DNA from: an uncultured virus (IMG/VR IMGVR_UViG_3300009419_000009)
Lineage: Duplodnaviria; Heunggongvirae; Uroviricota; Caudoviricetes
IMG/VR virus record: IMGVR_UViG_3300009419_000009
Coordinates: 62,001 to 121,177 of that record
Direction: 5' to 3' (one strand)
DNA length: 59,177 bases
How positions within the stretch are numbered: the first letter of the stretch is position 1; every line of letters starts with the position of its first letter. Both the position numbers and the translations under genes were made by a program. Shown here piece by piece: positions 18,108 to 27,320 of this stretch. Below the pieces are notes generated by a model that saw nothing but the letters and a program-made list of their open reading frames with translations, searched no databases and was not told the DNA's origin.

Positions 18108-18353
18108 TTATAGGCTTGCAGGTGCTCCAGCGCCTGCCGCACCTTCTTCTGACGGTGCTTTGTACTGTTTACTCACTCGTTTAAGTTGCTGTTCGTGTTC
18201 CACTTTGCGCACATCATTCATCATGCGCAAGCGGTTAATTTGTGCTAGGGTCAGGCGTGTTTTACGTCTGTCGTCTATTTTGATCGTGGAATTGTCTTGA
18301 GACGGATCTTCTCTTCCGGGAATGGCTGCATCAAAAAATTCATAAATCAACAT
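18108..18353 (-). CDS. Small head-module protein (81 aa)
   Basis: RKTRLTL.QINRLR motif; GGTAAATA at 18362-18369. Confidence 0.7.
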   Translation of the reverse strand: MLIYEFFDAAIPGREDPSQDNSTIKIDDRRKTRLTLAQINRLRMMNDVRKVEHEQQLKRVSKQYKAPSEEGAAGAGAPASL

Positions 18354-18380
18354 GGTATTGATATTTACCTAATGTTGAGT

Positions 18381-20114
18381 TTATACTGGTGCTGGCATGC
18401 CGCCAGCTGGTGCCGCGCCTGCTACAGGACTGGCTAATCCTGTGGCGCCTGTTGCATCTACCGGAGCACCAGGGTCTCCTTCTGCACCTGGCTCTGGTGG
18501 TGTAGCGGCATCTAGATCACCTTGAATGCCACCTGGTGTCACGCCCACACTGCGCAAGCCTGCTGGATCTGCTGGAGCAGATTCTACATCTCCTTGCTCT
18601 TGTGCCCACATGGTTTCGTTTTCTGTCATTTCTTGTTCTGTTAGGCCCAAGAAACGTTGCATCAAGAAACGTTTGGAGAAGTAAGGATATTGTTCTAGCT
18701 GTGAAAATGTGTTGATACGTGCCATATCAACGTCAGCTTGACGGTACTGTGCAAAGTTCTGTGGCGGATTAAACTTCAAATCAAACAGTTGTCCGTCAAT
18801 GCTAATGCCGCGCCAGCGCATGTACAGCTTGAATTCTTTGTCCAGGTATTCGCCCACAATCTTTTGCAGTCGCAAACAATACTGGTTAAAGCGCCATTCT
18901 TGAATCAGTGCTGTGCCTACTTTGCCGTCTGTAAAACTGCCGGCTGCACCGTCATCAAGCCCTGTAGGCAAGTAGCTGGATGGAATACGCAAGCCTCTAA
19001 ACAGCTTGTTAGTGAAAAAGTGCAAGTCAGTTATTTCACCTAGATTCTGTCCGCCCTGTAGTGTTTCCACACTAGAACCACGTCCATCAGCTGTGGTTGG
19101 AAAAAAGAAGTCTTCGTTTTGACTCAATGGATTGTATGTGGCATCCATCATGTTGGTACCACCACCTGTTTGTGTGGGTATCCTACGCTGATGCACTTCG
19201 TTCTTGATACGTTCCACAAACGCCATGGCCATGTGGCTGGGCATGTTGCCCACGTCAATCTTGAAGATTCTGCGCTCTGGAGCACGTTGCACACGATAGA
19301 TAATAATAGCATCTTCCAGCAGTTCTTTTTGCTTGAACACTTTGAAAATGTTTTCTAGTACTGAGTTGCCAAAGGGCCAGTACACATCCAGGCCTTCTGT
19401 TAGACTCATGTGCAACACATGTTCTGCGTTGACTGCCAGTTCATTTTGTGCTTGTTGGAATCTACTGCCACCAGCAAAAGGTGCGGCTGGCTGTATGTAG
19501 CTGCCACTAGGACCACCCACCTGTGGGTGATTCAAGAATGTGTCTGTTGCGGCCACAGCAGTCACTGAGAGATTCTGCAGATTTGGATTCAAATCTTTAA
19601 TAATATACTGCTCAGGTTCTTTGCCCTTGGCTTCATTCACAATGATCTTTACAACCTTGCTCATTTCCACCCAGTACATTTTGAATGTTTCTGGATCACG
19701 TACAAACACTTGGTCGCCGTATTTGATCACTGAACGGAAAATTCTAAAGATACGTTTGTTTAATTCGTTCAGCTTGACCCACTGCTGTAGCTGTTCTTTG
19801 ATGATTTTGATTTCGTTCTCTGTGGGTTGCTCTTTGAAATCAAGTTGAAAAGCAGTACCGTTTTCGTCATTGTCCTGTGTTGAAAATTCTGCTAGAATAT
19901 CCAGTGCGGCATTGACTTCTGAGTCCATGTCCATTTGTTCATACTGGTTGTAGCGTTCCACACGGTTTGGATGTCCAACGTAGATCTCTGGCAGATTGCT
20001 TTGCCAGTTACGATAACCAGGTGCGGCCATTTGACTGTTGAAAGTAAATGGGCTGACTGCTCCCCCCATGTTCTGGGGAATGTTACTGCTCTTAAAATAT
20101 TTTTTCCAAGACAT
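18381..20114 (-). CDS. gp20: Portal protein, T4 gp20 family (577 aa)
   Basis: LLEDAIIIYRVQRAPERRIFKIDVGNMP, EDFFFP, G.SVETL.GG.NLGEI.D, LFRGLRIPSSYL; CGTAAATA at 20137-20144. Confidence 0.95.
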   Translation of the reverse strand: MSWKKYFKSSNIPQNMGGAVSPFTFNSQMAAPGYRNWQSNLPEIYVGHPNRVERYNQYEQMDMDSEVNAALDILAEFSTQDNDENGTAFQLDFKEQPTENEIKIIKEQLQQWVKLNELNKRIFRIFRSVIKYGDQVFVRDPETFKMYWVEMSKVVKIIVNEAKGKEPEQYIIKDLNPNLQNLSVTAVAATDTFLNHPQVGGPSGSYIQPAAPFAGGSRFQQAQNELAVNAEHVLHMSLTEGLDVYWPFGNSVLENIFKVFKQKELLEDAIIIYRVQRAPERRIFKIDVGNMPSHMAMAFVERIKNEVHQRRIPTQTGGGTNMMDATYNPLSQNEDFFFPTTADGRGSSVETLQGGQNLGEITDLHFFTNKLFRGLRIPSSYLPTGLDDGAAGSFTDGKVGTALIQEWRFNQYCLRLQKIVGEYLDKEFKLYMRWRGISIDGQLFDLKFNPPQNFAQYRQADVDMARINTFSQLEQYPYFSKRFLMQRFLGLTEQEMTENETMWAQEQGDVESAPADPAGLRSVGVTPGGIQGDLDAATPPEPGAEGDPGAPVDATGATGLASPVAGAAPAGGMPAPV

Positions 20115-20144
20115 TGAGAATATGTTCCGTGTTGTGTATTTACG

Positions 20145-23100
20145 TTATCTAAAGGCGTTGGTCATGTTTCTGAGGTAACGTTTGGAATCGCCTTGTGTTT
20201 CCAAAGATGCACCCATCTTCTGTGCCAGACTACGCATGTCAACAGCTGATTCGGCAGCAATTTTTGTCAGTTTACCAATTGCATATACCACTGGGTCACC
20301 TTTGCCTAGTTCAGCAAAGTCTGCTTCTGTCACTACAGCACCTTTTGGATTCAGTTTGGGTTTATAGAATCCTGTGCTAGGGCTCGTGGTGCCCAGTGAA
20401 CCAGCACCGCCTTGAGCACTTTTCAATGCGGTAGTAAACGCTTCTGCAAATGCTATTTTGCCTTGTGCATCCAATGATACAAAATTACCATCTTTCATTA
20501 AACTCACACCAAGCCCGCCGGCATACATTGCAAGTCCTTTTGGTAATGCTGTGGTAACTTGTGTTGACACCGGTACAGGTGCTGGTGGCTGTGAAGACGA
20601 TGCCTGTTGAGCAGGTGTAGGTGGTTGCTTGGGTTTGTCTCCAAAGTTAAACCATCCGGTGACTGTTTTATAAGCACCATCTGCCCAGTCACTGACCACA
20701 GTCATGGCACTGCCAAGTCCTTTACCAATGCTGTCCCATATGCCTTTGAAGGTCCAGCTCTGCCACCATTTGGAAAATCCTTCACCAATTTTCTTTGTCC
20801 AGGTCTGTAAAGGTGAAAGATAATACAACAAACCGCCACCAATGGCGCCTAGTATACCACCAATGATAGCGCCCGGGCCTGCACCCACACCACCAAACCA
20901 CACACCAATGCTAGCACCCATGATAGCGCCAATTTTACCGCCGGCGGCTGAACTGCCAAGTGCGCCTGCAAAGTCAAATGCTTCGGCTGTGACTTTGGCA
21001 TTGGCGTCTGTTGCACTAATTTTGCCTTCTCTCTCTTGTTGACGAATGTCAGCCGCATTTGAAATGTTTGTAACACCTTGCACTGCTACACCTAACGCAC
21101 CAGCACCTTTTATGTACTTGCCATACTTGGCTGTTATTCTGGCTGTTCTTGCGGCTTCAATCTCAGCAGGAGTCGCATTGCCACTCAGCCCAAGTTGCAT
21201 TCGTGCAATATCTAATTGGGCACCGCTTGGGGCCTTGGGTTTGACTTTTTCTGCTAATTTTGACAGTCTGCTTTGTTCTTGCGCTTTGGCTGTTTCTGTT
21301 TTAGCTGTTTCAGTTGTTGTGGTGGTAGTGCCAGTGGGTTTACCGCCAGGTAATATGGCCCTGATAGCGCCATATGCTTTGGACACTATCAGTGCGGCCG
21401 CTGCCAGGCCTGTTAATATCGTAGCTAGATCCGTTACTTTATCCAACGGCCCTGTGTTGACAGTGGGACCTGTCTTTAATAATTTTTCAGCGTCTTCCAG
21501 AGCCTTTTTCAACAACTTGGCAATCTGTGGAATCCTTGTAATAATTTCATCTTGAAACTTGGCAGAGAATTCTTCACCAATGCTTTTCATTGACAACAAC
21601 ACCGAAGTCAAGTCGCTACCATCTAGTTGGGCGTTTTTACCTTTTGCAAATTGCTCATCTACTATCTTTTTTTGCCCCTCTACTGTTTTGCCAGCTGATG
21701 CCAAGGTTGAATCTATTATTTTTGTAAATGCGTCAAGAGGTGCTTTGAATTTAGTGTTAGCTGCCGCAAGAATAGTCAACATCTCGTCGTTCTTTAATGC
21801 GTATTCCAGCTGAGGTGCTAGTTTGGCTCTGAGATCTAATTCTTTTTGCCTGTCAACATTGCCCTCTTTGAACAAAATAGCCATGTCGGTTAGATAACTT
21901 TTATACGCAGGTATCACCTCTGCTAATTTGCGAGTTTCTTCATCACTGATATATCCTAGATTGGCAATGTCTACAATAGCGCGGCGAACTGTGGCATCCA
22001 GGTCATCCATGGTGCCTTTTTGTTCTTTGTTGGCTTTTTCACCCAGTCGTGCCATAGAAGATCTGTAGGCATAATCACTTTGTGCCGCGGCTCTGTTGGC
22101 CAGTAGATCTTTTACTGTTTTACCTGACAGGCTGGCCATCAATGCAAGATTTTTAGCATACACTACAGTCTGTTGTTCAACTTCTACTTGTCCAGGTGTT
22201 CGGCCTTGTTGTGCAATGTCTCGCATGACAGTGGCAATGATAGTTCCTGTTTCTTCAAAGCCAATACCCAGGGCCTGCAGACCTTTATCTATGCCCTGCG
22301 ACTTGAGTTTGGCTGCTACTTTGCCCAACAACTCTGATGCCTGGGCCATTCCCATCCTGGAGTTGGCCAATAGTTCTGTGTTGCCTGCTATCATTTTTTC
22401 AAATGTTTGAAAACTGATCTGCATGGTACCATTAACTGCTAGTGACCTTCTTATTTGATCTGCACCACCGGCCAGTACCACACCACTTCTGGTCAAGTTT
22501 TCAAAAGATTTAAGCAACTGGTCGCCACCTGCCATCAGCAGGTTGTTGAACATTTTCTTGGCGTCTGTTTGCAGTTGACTGGATGATTTTTTAGCTTCAG
22601 CACCTATGATCAAACCAAATCCTACCAGCTTGCTGGCAATACCAGGTATCATGGCAATAGCACCACCAGCGGCCTGTGTGGCACCGGCTAGTTGTTGCAC
22701 ATGCACATTGGCCACATCCAGTTGCATGGCCATTTGAGCATTGGCAATAGCAAATCCACTACCACCTGCTTGCACTGTGCTGAGTACTTGTCCTATGCCT
22801 TGCAGTGTGGCCTGTTGAACAGCAGTATAGTAACCAATCAAGAACTTGGCACCGTCTTGCAATTTGTTCACAAACGTTTGTGCTGCCGTACTCTGTTGTG
22901 TCATGCTCTCCAGTTCTTTGCGTCTGGCTTCAACAGATTTTAATTGAGCATCAGTCAATAGATTGGTGCCTCGACGATGCTTGGTCAGTGCTAGTTCTAG
23001 TTCATACAACTCATCGTTGGCTTCTTTCATGGCCATGCGATGTTCATACTGTGCCCGACTGGTTAATTTGAGTCCACCGTTTAGTTTGTTAAAACTGTCA

Positions 23101-23252
23101 CCTGCTTGTTTTGAACTTTTGATCAGATCGTCCATGCGCTCTTTATAAGAACGGTTGTCTGTGTTGCCCGCACCAGCTGAGCCAGCAGACGGGTTACGCC
23201 CTTCGGACATGAGCTCTCTGAGCATTCGTTTTAGATCTTCAGTATCAGACAT
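20145..23252 (-). CDS. Probable tape measure protein (1035 aa)
   Basis: Long helical A/K/Q-rich ORF with glycine-zipper hydrophobic segments (GAIIGGILGAIGG); divergent from a chaperone-like pair. Confidence 0.65.
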   Translation of the reverse strand: MSDTEDLKRMLRELMSEGRNPSAGSAGAGNTDNRSYKERMDDLIKSSKQAGDSFNKLNGGLKLTSRAQYEHRMAMKEANDELYELELALTKHRRGTNLLTDAQLKSVEARRKELESMTQQSTAAQTFVNKLQDGAKFLIGYYTAVQQATLQGIGQVLSTVQAGGSGFAIANAQMAMQLDVANVHVQQLAGATQAAGGAIAMIPGIASKLVGFGLIIGAEAKKSSSQLQTDAKKMFNNLLMAGGDQLLKSFENLTRSGVVLAGGADQIRRSLAVNGTMQISFQTFEKMIAGNTELLANSRMGMAQASELLGKVAAKLKSQGIDKGLQALGIGFEETGTIIATVMRDIAQQGRTPGQVEVEQQTVVYAKNLALMASLSGKTVKDLLANRAAAQSDYAYRSSMARLGEKANKEQKGTMDDLDATVRRAIVDIANLGYISDEETRKLAEVIPAYKSYLTDMAILFKEGNVDRQKELDLRAKLAPQLEYALKNDEMLTILAAANTKFKAPLDAFTKIIDSTLASAGKTVEGQKKIVDEQFAKGKNAQLDGSDLTSVLLSMKSIGEEFSAKFQDEIITRIPQIAKLLKKALEDAEKLLKTGPTVNTGPLDKVTDLATILTGLAAAALIVSKAYGAIRAILPGGKPTGTTTTTTETAKTETAKAQEQSRLSKLAEKVKPKAPSGAQLDIARMQLGLSGNATPAEIEAARTARITAKYGKYIKGAGALGVAVQGVTNISNAADIRQQEREGKISATDANAKVTAEAFDFAGALGSSAAGGKIGAIMGASIGVWFGGVGAGPGAIIGGILGAIGGGLLYYLSPLQTWTKKIGEGFSKWWQSWTFKGIWDSIGKGLGSAMTVVSDWADGAYKTVTGWFNFGDKPKQPPTPAQQASSSQPPAPVPVSTQVTTALPKGLAMYAGGLGVSLMKDGNFVSLDAQGKIAFAEAFTTALKSAQGGAGSLGTTSPSTGFYKPKLNPKGAVVTEADFAELGKGDPVVYAIGKLTKIAAESAVDMRSLAQKMGASLETQGDSKRYLRNMTNAFR

Positions 23253-23268
23253 GGTGGAGTTTTTTGCC

Positions 23269-23298
23269 TATAAATAAGTGTGTATTTCAATATTTATG
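23269..23298. promoter_or_regulatory. Face-to-face late promoters: TATAAATA (+, 23269-23276) and CATAAATA (-, 23291-23298)
   Basis: Both motifs within the 57-nt divergent gap. Confidence 0.75.
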
Positions 23299-23309
23299 AG
23301 GATCAAAAT

Positions 23310-24185
23310 ATGAGCACAGAACCAAACGCAACAGCCAGCGTAAACCCACTGAGTAAATTTTTCCGTACTCCGGCCATTTACTTTTCGCTGCCATCTGGTG
23401 GAAAATGGTGGCCAGAGGGCAGTTTGGACCTGCCCGAATCCAACGAAATTGCAGTTTACCCAATGACCAACAAAGACGAAATTTTAATTCGTACTCCAGA
23501 TGCGCTGATCAACGGGCAGGGTGTGGTAGAAGTCATACAAAGTTGCATTCCCAACATCAAAGATGCATGGAAAATGCCAGCTACCGATGTGGATGCGGCT
23601 CTTATTGCCATGCGCATTGCCAGCTACGGACACAAAATGGATTTTTCCAATCAGTGCCCACACTGCAAAGAAGAGCATGATTATGCTCTAGATCTACGAC
23701 ACATGCTGGAAACTATCACTGCACCAGACTATGAAACCAAACATCTAGACCTAGAAGTGATAAAAATTCGATTTAGACCGCAAAAGTACTGGGAAGTAAA
23801 TCACGCTAACAAAACAGCATTTGAAGTGCGCAAGCTACAGATGGCCTTGGAAAACTTGCCGGTTACCGAAGAAGACGAAGAAAAAACTCGTGCAGTAACA
23901 CAACAACTCAAACGTGTTAACGAAATCAATCACAACATCATGGCCAAAAGCACAGAGTACATTGAAATCATTGACTCTGGGGAGAGGGTTGAAAGTCCTG
24001 AGCAGATTGAAGAATTCTACGGACAGATTGGTAGAATAATGTTTGACAAGATTCAAGACGAAATCACAAAGATACAAAAAGAAGGTTCAGTTAAACCTGT
24101 GTCTGTCAACTGCTTGAGTTGCCAAAAGCCCATGGAAATAACCATACTGTTTGACTACGCTAATTTTTTCGTAGTCGGCTCTTGA
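23310..24185 (+). CDS. gp26: gp26-like baseplate hub/tail assembly protein (291 aa)
   Basis: NPLSKFFR.P.IY..LPSGG, PMT.KDE, D.DA.LIA.RIASYG, CPHC and CLSC; start at ATG 23310 with GAGGA RBS. Confidence 0.8.
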   Translation: MSTEPNATASVNPLSKFFRTPAIYFSLPSGGKWWPEGSLDLPESNEIAVYPMTNKDEILIRTPDALINGQGVVEVIQSCIPNIKDAWKMPATDVDAALIAMRIASYGHKMDFSNQCPHCKEEHDYALDLRHMLETITAPDYETKHLDLEVIKIRFRPQKYWEVNHANKTAFEVRKLQMALENLPVTEEDEEKTRAVTQQLKRVNEINHNIMAKSTEYIEIIDSGERVESPEQIEEFYGQIGRIMFDKIQDEITKIQKEGSVKPVSVNCLSCQKPMEITILFDYANFFVVGS

Positions 24186-24400
24186 CTCTCGACGATGATG
24201 AAATTGGTCTACTCCTAGAAGAGTACGATCAGCAGTCAAGGGCCATACGAGAAGAGATGTTGCGATTTACCTGGTGGATGCGTGGAGGATTGAGTTATGA
24301 TGATGCTTATTCATTAAGCTCAGACGAGAACGATATCATTCGCAAGATCATCAAAGAGAATATGGAAGCAACAAAAACTTCAGGTATGCCATTCTTTTAA
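24164..24400 (+). CDS. gp51: gp51-like domain, probably made as a -1 frameshift extension of gp26
   Basis: WWMRGGLSYDDAY.LS..E..II..IIKEN; frame opens exactly at slippery T TTT TTC (24164-24170); only a TTG start without SD. Confidence 0.65.
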   Translation, partial: FFRSRLLTLDDDEIGLLLEEYDQQSRAIREEMLRFTWWMRGGLSYDDAYSLSSDENDIIRKIIKENMEATKTSGMPFF

Positions 24401-24830
24401 GATCGCTTGCGCGATCTATTGATTTCGCTATCGCTCATCAATATTGTTTTTTTCTTTACGCTCAAGCGAATTAAGTTTCATCTAGATTCTATGGTCACAC
24501 TTCGCCCTGGCCGGGCAAAGGTTAGCTTCATCTGAGTTCTGATAGCCACATAGCGTTACAACATTACAGAGGCGGTTGTCCGGTACCTCGAGTTGCGTCT
24601 TTATTACAACGGCGGGCTTGTACACATACGCTAACATACATACAAACCGTGTGCTATCGCTAGCACGTCTTTTTGCCTTTATTATCTTCAAACAATCAAA
24701 CCACAGCAATTTGCGATCTTCGTCCTGTAAAGGATAGTGATTGAGTACTCTGTACAGCGCAGAGAATTCCGTCCCTGTGATCCGAGATCCAGGTTTAGAG
24801 CACACGATGTTGGCCTGTGCTAGCCTTAAC
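24401..24830 (-). ncRNA. Candidate large structured non-coding RNA (~430 nt), class not recognised
   Basis: About nine hairpins; GNRA loops and G-U pairs favour the minus strand. Confidence 0.6.
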
Positions 24831-24836
24831 TGTTGA

Positions 24837-25352
24837 TTATTTGCAGAGTTGCTTGACAGCGTCTGCGTTTATTTCCCAAAACGTATCATAGTCCATGATG
24901 AACCAATGACCGTGTTTGGCGGAGCCATAATTAAAATGCCGTGTAAAAGTAAGGGGAGTTGAGTTGGGCTGTGCTTGTACTGCTACAAACATTCCTTTGC
25001 GATTGAACTTCATGAACAAAATGTTGAAATCGCCTTCGTCGGCTACATCCATGGTTTGTTCAATCCATTCGTCTAGTTGCTTACATGAGCCTTGAAAGAG
25101 TTGATGAAATGGAAAGTCTTTGTAACTTTTGCACTCAGCGTTGAACTTCGGAAAACTCTGTCCAGGGATAATGTCCCCTTTGAAGCTTCGAATCTGTCCT
25201 TCGTGCAATACCTCTTTGCGTGAGGCATTTGACCCACCAATATAAGCGCCAGAGTGCGGAACGCGGATAAAGCGTTCTCCGTAGGTTACTGTAAGGTGAT
25301 CTGCTACCCTACGTTCCCATGCGTTGCCTTTGGCTTTTTGTGGTGATGTCAT
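24837..25352 (-). CDS. Holliday junction resolvase-like PD-(D/E)XK nuclease (171 aa)
   Basis: KAKGNAWER.VA..L, R.P.SGA, GDI, ECK.Y, W.EQ; CATAACTA variant late promoter at 25363-25370. Confidence 0.75.
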   Translation of the reverse strand: MTSPQKAKGNAWERRVADHLTVTYGERFIRVPHSGAYIGGSNASRKEVLHEGQIRSFKGDIIPGQSFPKFNAECKSYKDFPFHQLFQGSCKQLDEWIEQTMDVADEGDFNILFMKFNRKGMFVAVQAQPNSTPLTFTRHFNYGSAKHGHWFIMDYDTFWEINADAVKQLCK

Positions 25353-25404
25353 AATGCTAAGTTAGTTATGTTAAAATTGTGCCATGATAAAATTTCATAT
25401 TTTG

Positions 25405-26421
25405 CTACCATTCGGTAGCATATTCTTTGTTTACAACCTGTTTAGAACACTTGGTTTTGCACTCTTGCCAGCGGAAAGTTTGGAATTCTGTAGTCCAAAA
25501 AACATCATCTAACACGTCTTTCAACGTGCGCTGAGTGAGGTCAAAGTAGCGACCTCGTTCCTGCCATTCTGCGTTATGTTCGTATCTATTTGCCACCCAA
25601 CAGCAAGGAAACAAGTGACCCTGCGAGTTTATATACACGCCCTTGTTGCCTACTGCACACAGTGGAATCACTGGTTTATCACGATATTCTGCTTGTGTTT
25701 TGTGCCACGCGGCAGTGTTTTCTGCATGCACACTCGCTGGCACACGATCGCGCAGTTGTTTAATAGTTCGCTCAAAACGTTGATTTTGAGCTATGTGTTC
25801 AGCTCGAGGTTGCAACACATCTGTTGGCCCGTATATTGGGTATACCTGTGCAAACTTGGTTGAACGTGTGATTTGTAAAAAATCAAATCCACGACTTGTG
25901 GCATGACGTTCAATTTTGTCCAAATGATCTTGATTGAATTCAAATGCTATAGCGGCCCAGGTCATTTGCACTGAACTGTGAGCTCTAAGCACATCAATAC
26001 CTTCCATGATACTGTCCCAATCAGAATTAGCCCTGTACTGGTTGTTGCTGATGTTGTCGTAGCCATCAATGCTAAAGTGTACATGATCACGATGTGTCAA
26101 CACATGAGCTAGACCGCGCCACCAGTCGGTGCTTTTGTAACTGCCATTGGTAATAATGACAATTTCAACATCAGCCAGGCTTTTCAAATAAGCAATGATA
26201 GATATCAAGTCATGTGCATAGATAGGGTCACCGTCGTCACCGCAGAATGTAATTTTACGCACTTGCTGTTCGACAAACTGCTGTGTGAAGTTTCGTTTGA
26301 AAAACTCTAGATCTAATTCTGTATTCACAAGTCCGTTGGGAACTTCTTGCCTGGCACAACGTGGGCAATGTAACGTACACTTGCTGGACACTTCAATGTG
26401 CCAATGCCACGTGGCTAGCAT
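25405..26421 (-). CDS. Radical SAM protein with C-terminal twitch/SPASM-like domain (338 aa)
   Basis: CTLHCPRC, GDDGDP, TNG, FSIDG; C...YINSQG.LFPCCW...C...C. Confidence 0.9.
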   Translation of the reverse strand: MLATWHWHIEVSSKCTLHCPRCARQEVPNGLVNTELDLEFFKRNFTQQFVEQQVRKITFCGDDGDPIYAHDLISIIAYLKSLADVEIVIITNGSYKSTDWWRGLAHVLTHRDHVHFSIDGYDNISNNQYRANSDWDSIMEGIDVLRAHSSVQMTWAAIAFEFNQDHLDKIERHATSRGFDFLQITRSTKFAQVYPIYGPTDVLQPRAEHIAQNQRFERTIKQLRDRVPASVHAENTAAWHKTQAEYRDKPVIPLCAVGNKGVYINSQGHLFPCCWVANRYEHNAEWQERGRYFDLTQRTLKDVLDDVFWTTEFQTFRWQECKTKCSKQVVNKEYATEW

Positions 26422-27320
26422 AATGCGGTGTCCTCTTGAAACTGACTTTCAAATCTTGTTTGGTCATTTGTGGTTGCACAAAACTTGGTGCATACAGGGT
26501 GTGGATTGTCTTTCCAGCTAGCAATCAGTGTAACAGGATCTGCTACTAATTGCTTGAGTCTTTTGTCCATGCGAAAAACTTCACTGCCTATAAAACAACA
26601 AGGCAGTATCTCGCCTGTGGCGGCCATGTAGATACTTTGTTCGCGCATGGCATGACAGTCCACAGGACCATCTGCTGTTACCGGCACAAAGTCCTTGGGT
26701 GGAGCAAGAAATTTAATTGGTCGCTCTTGAAAGCGTGAACTGACTTTGGTACGGAAACGCACAAAGCCCATCTTTCTAGCATGCTCTCTGCAGGTGTCAA
26801 CATGATGTTGATTGTGTTGGAACACCAGCATGTCCCAGTGTGCTCTACCGCCAGCTGAAATAAATGTTTCTGCATTGAGCATGATTCGATGCCACATCAC
26901 ACCTTGGCGATATATGTCATTGGTGCTGGCCATGCCGTCAATGCTGAATACACAGTAGTCTAGCTCACGGCTTAATAGCTTGCCCATGTCTAACCAAAAC
27001 AGTGTGTCACGTAGCGCACCATTGGTATTGAGTCCGATCACAATGTCAGGATTGACTTCACGGAACCACTGAAATATCTGCAGACATTCTCGCGCCGCAC
27101 ATGGATCACCAAAGTTACCACATGCAAATACCTTGCTTAGATTACGTACAAATTGTTCAGGAAATGTACGTTTAATAAGTGCAAGACCAACATCGTGATC
27201 CGTAGTGTACCCTGACTCGGGATCCATTCTAGCACATTGAGGACAGCTGGCTTGACAGCGAGTGGTTAGCTCAAGATGCAGAACTTGGATGTCTTCAAAC
27301 AATGTCGGTGTCTGTACCAT
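26415..27320 (-). CDS. Radical SAM protein with twitch/SPASM-like domain (301 aa)
   Basis: CQASCPQC, GNFGDP, TNG, FSIDG; C...IYM..TGEILPCCF...C...C. Confidence 0.9.
   Translation of the reverse strand: MVQTPTLFEDIQVLHLELTTRCQASCPQCARMDPESGYTTDHDVGLALIKRTFPEQFVRNLSKVFACGNFGDPCAARECLQIFQWFREVNPDIVIGLNTNGALRDTLFWLDMGKLLSRELDYCVFSIDGMASTNDIYRQGVMWHRIMLNAETFISAGGRAHWDMLVFQHNQHHVDTCREHARKMGFVRFRTKVSSRFQERPIKFLAPPKDFVPVTADGPVDCHAMREQSIYMAATGEILPCCFIGSEVFRMDKRLKQLVADPVTLIASWKDNPHPVCTKFCATTNDQTRFESQFQEDTALC

Noticed and set aside
363..23148. Many short ORFs overlapping the structural genes
   Set aside because: Antisense or off-frame shadows of long, motif-bearing genes; no RBS or recognisable motifs
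24482..24805. 107-aa minus-strand ORF inside the structured element
   Set aside because: GTG start, no SD, no protein motif; hairpin density explains the region better, though coding is not formally excluded
24401..24830. Group I/II intron, RNase P RNA, tmRNA or tRNA cluster
   Set aside because: Does not interrupt a gene, and I found none of the conserved cores (P7 elements, domain V, GAGGAAAGUCC, T-loop cloverleaf)
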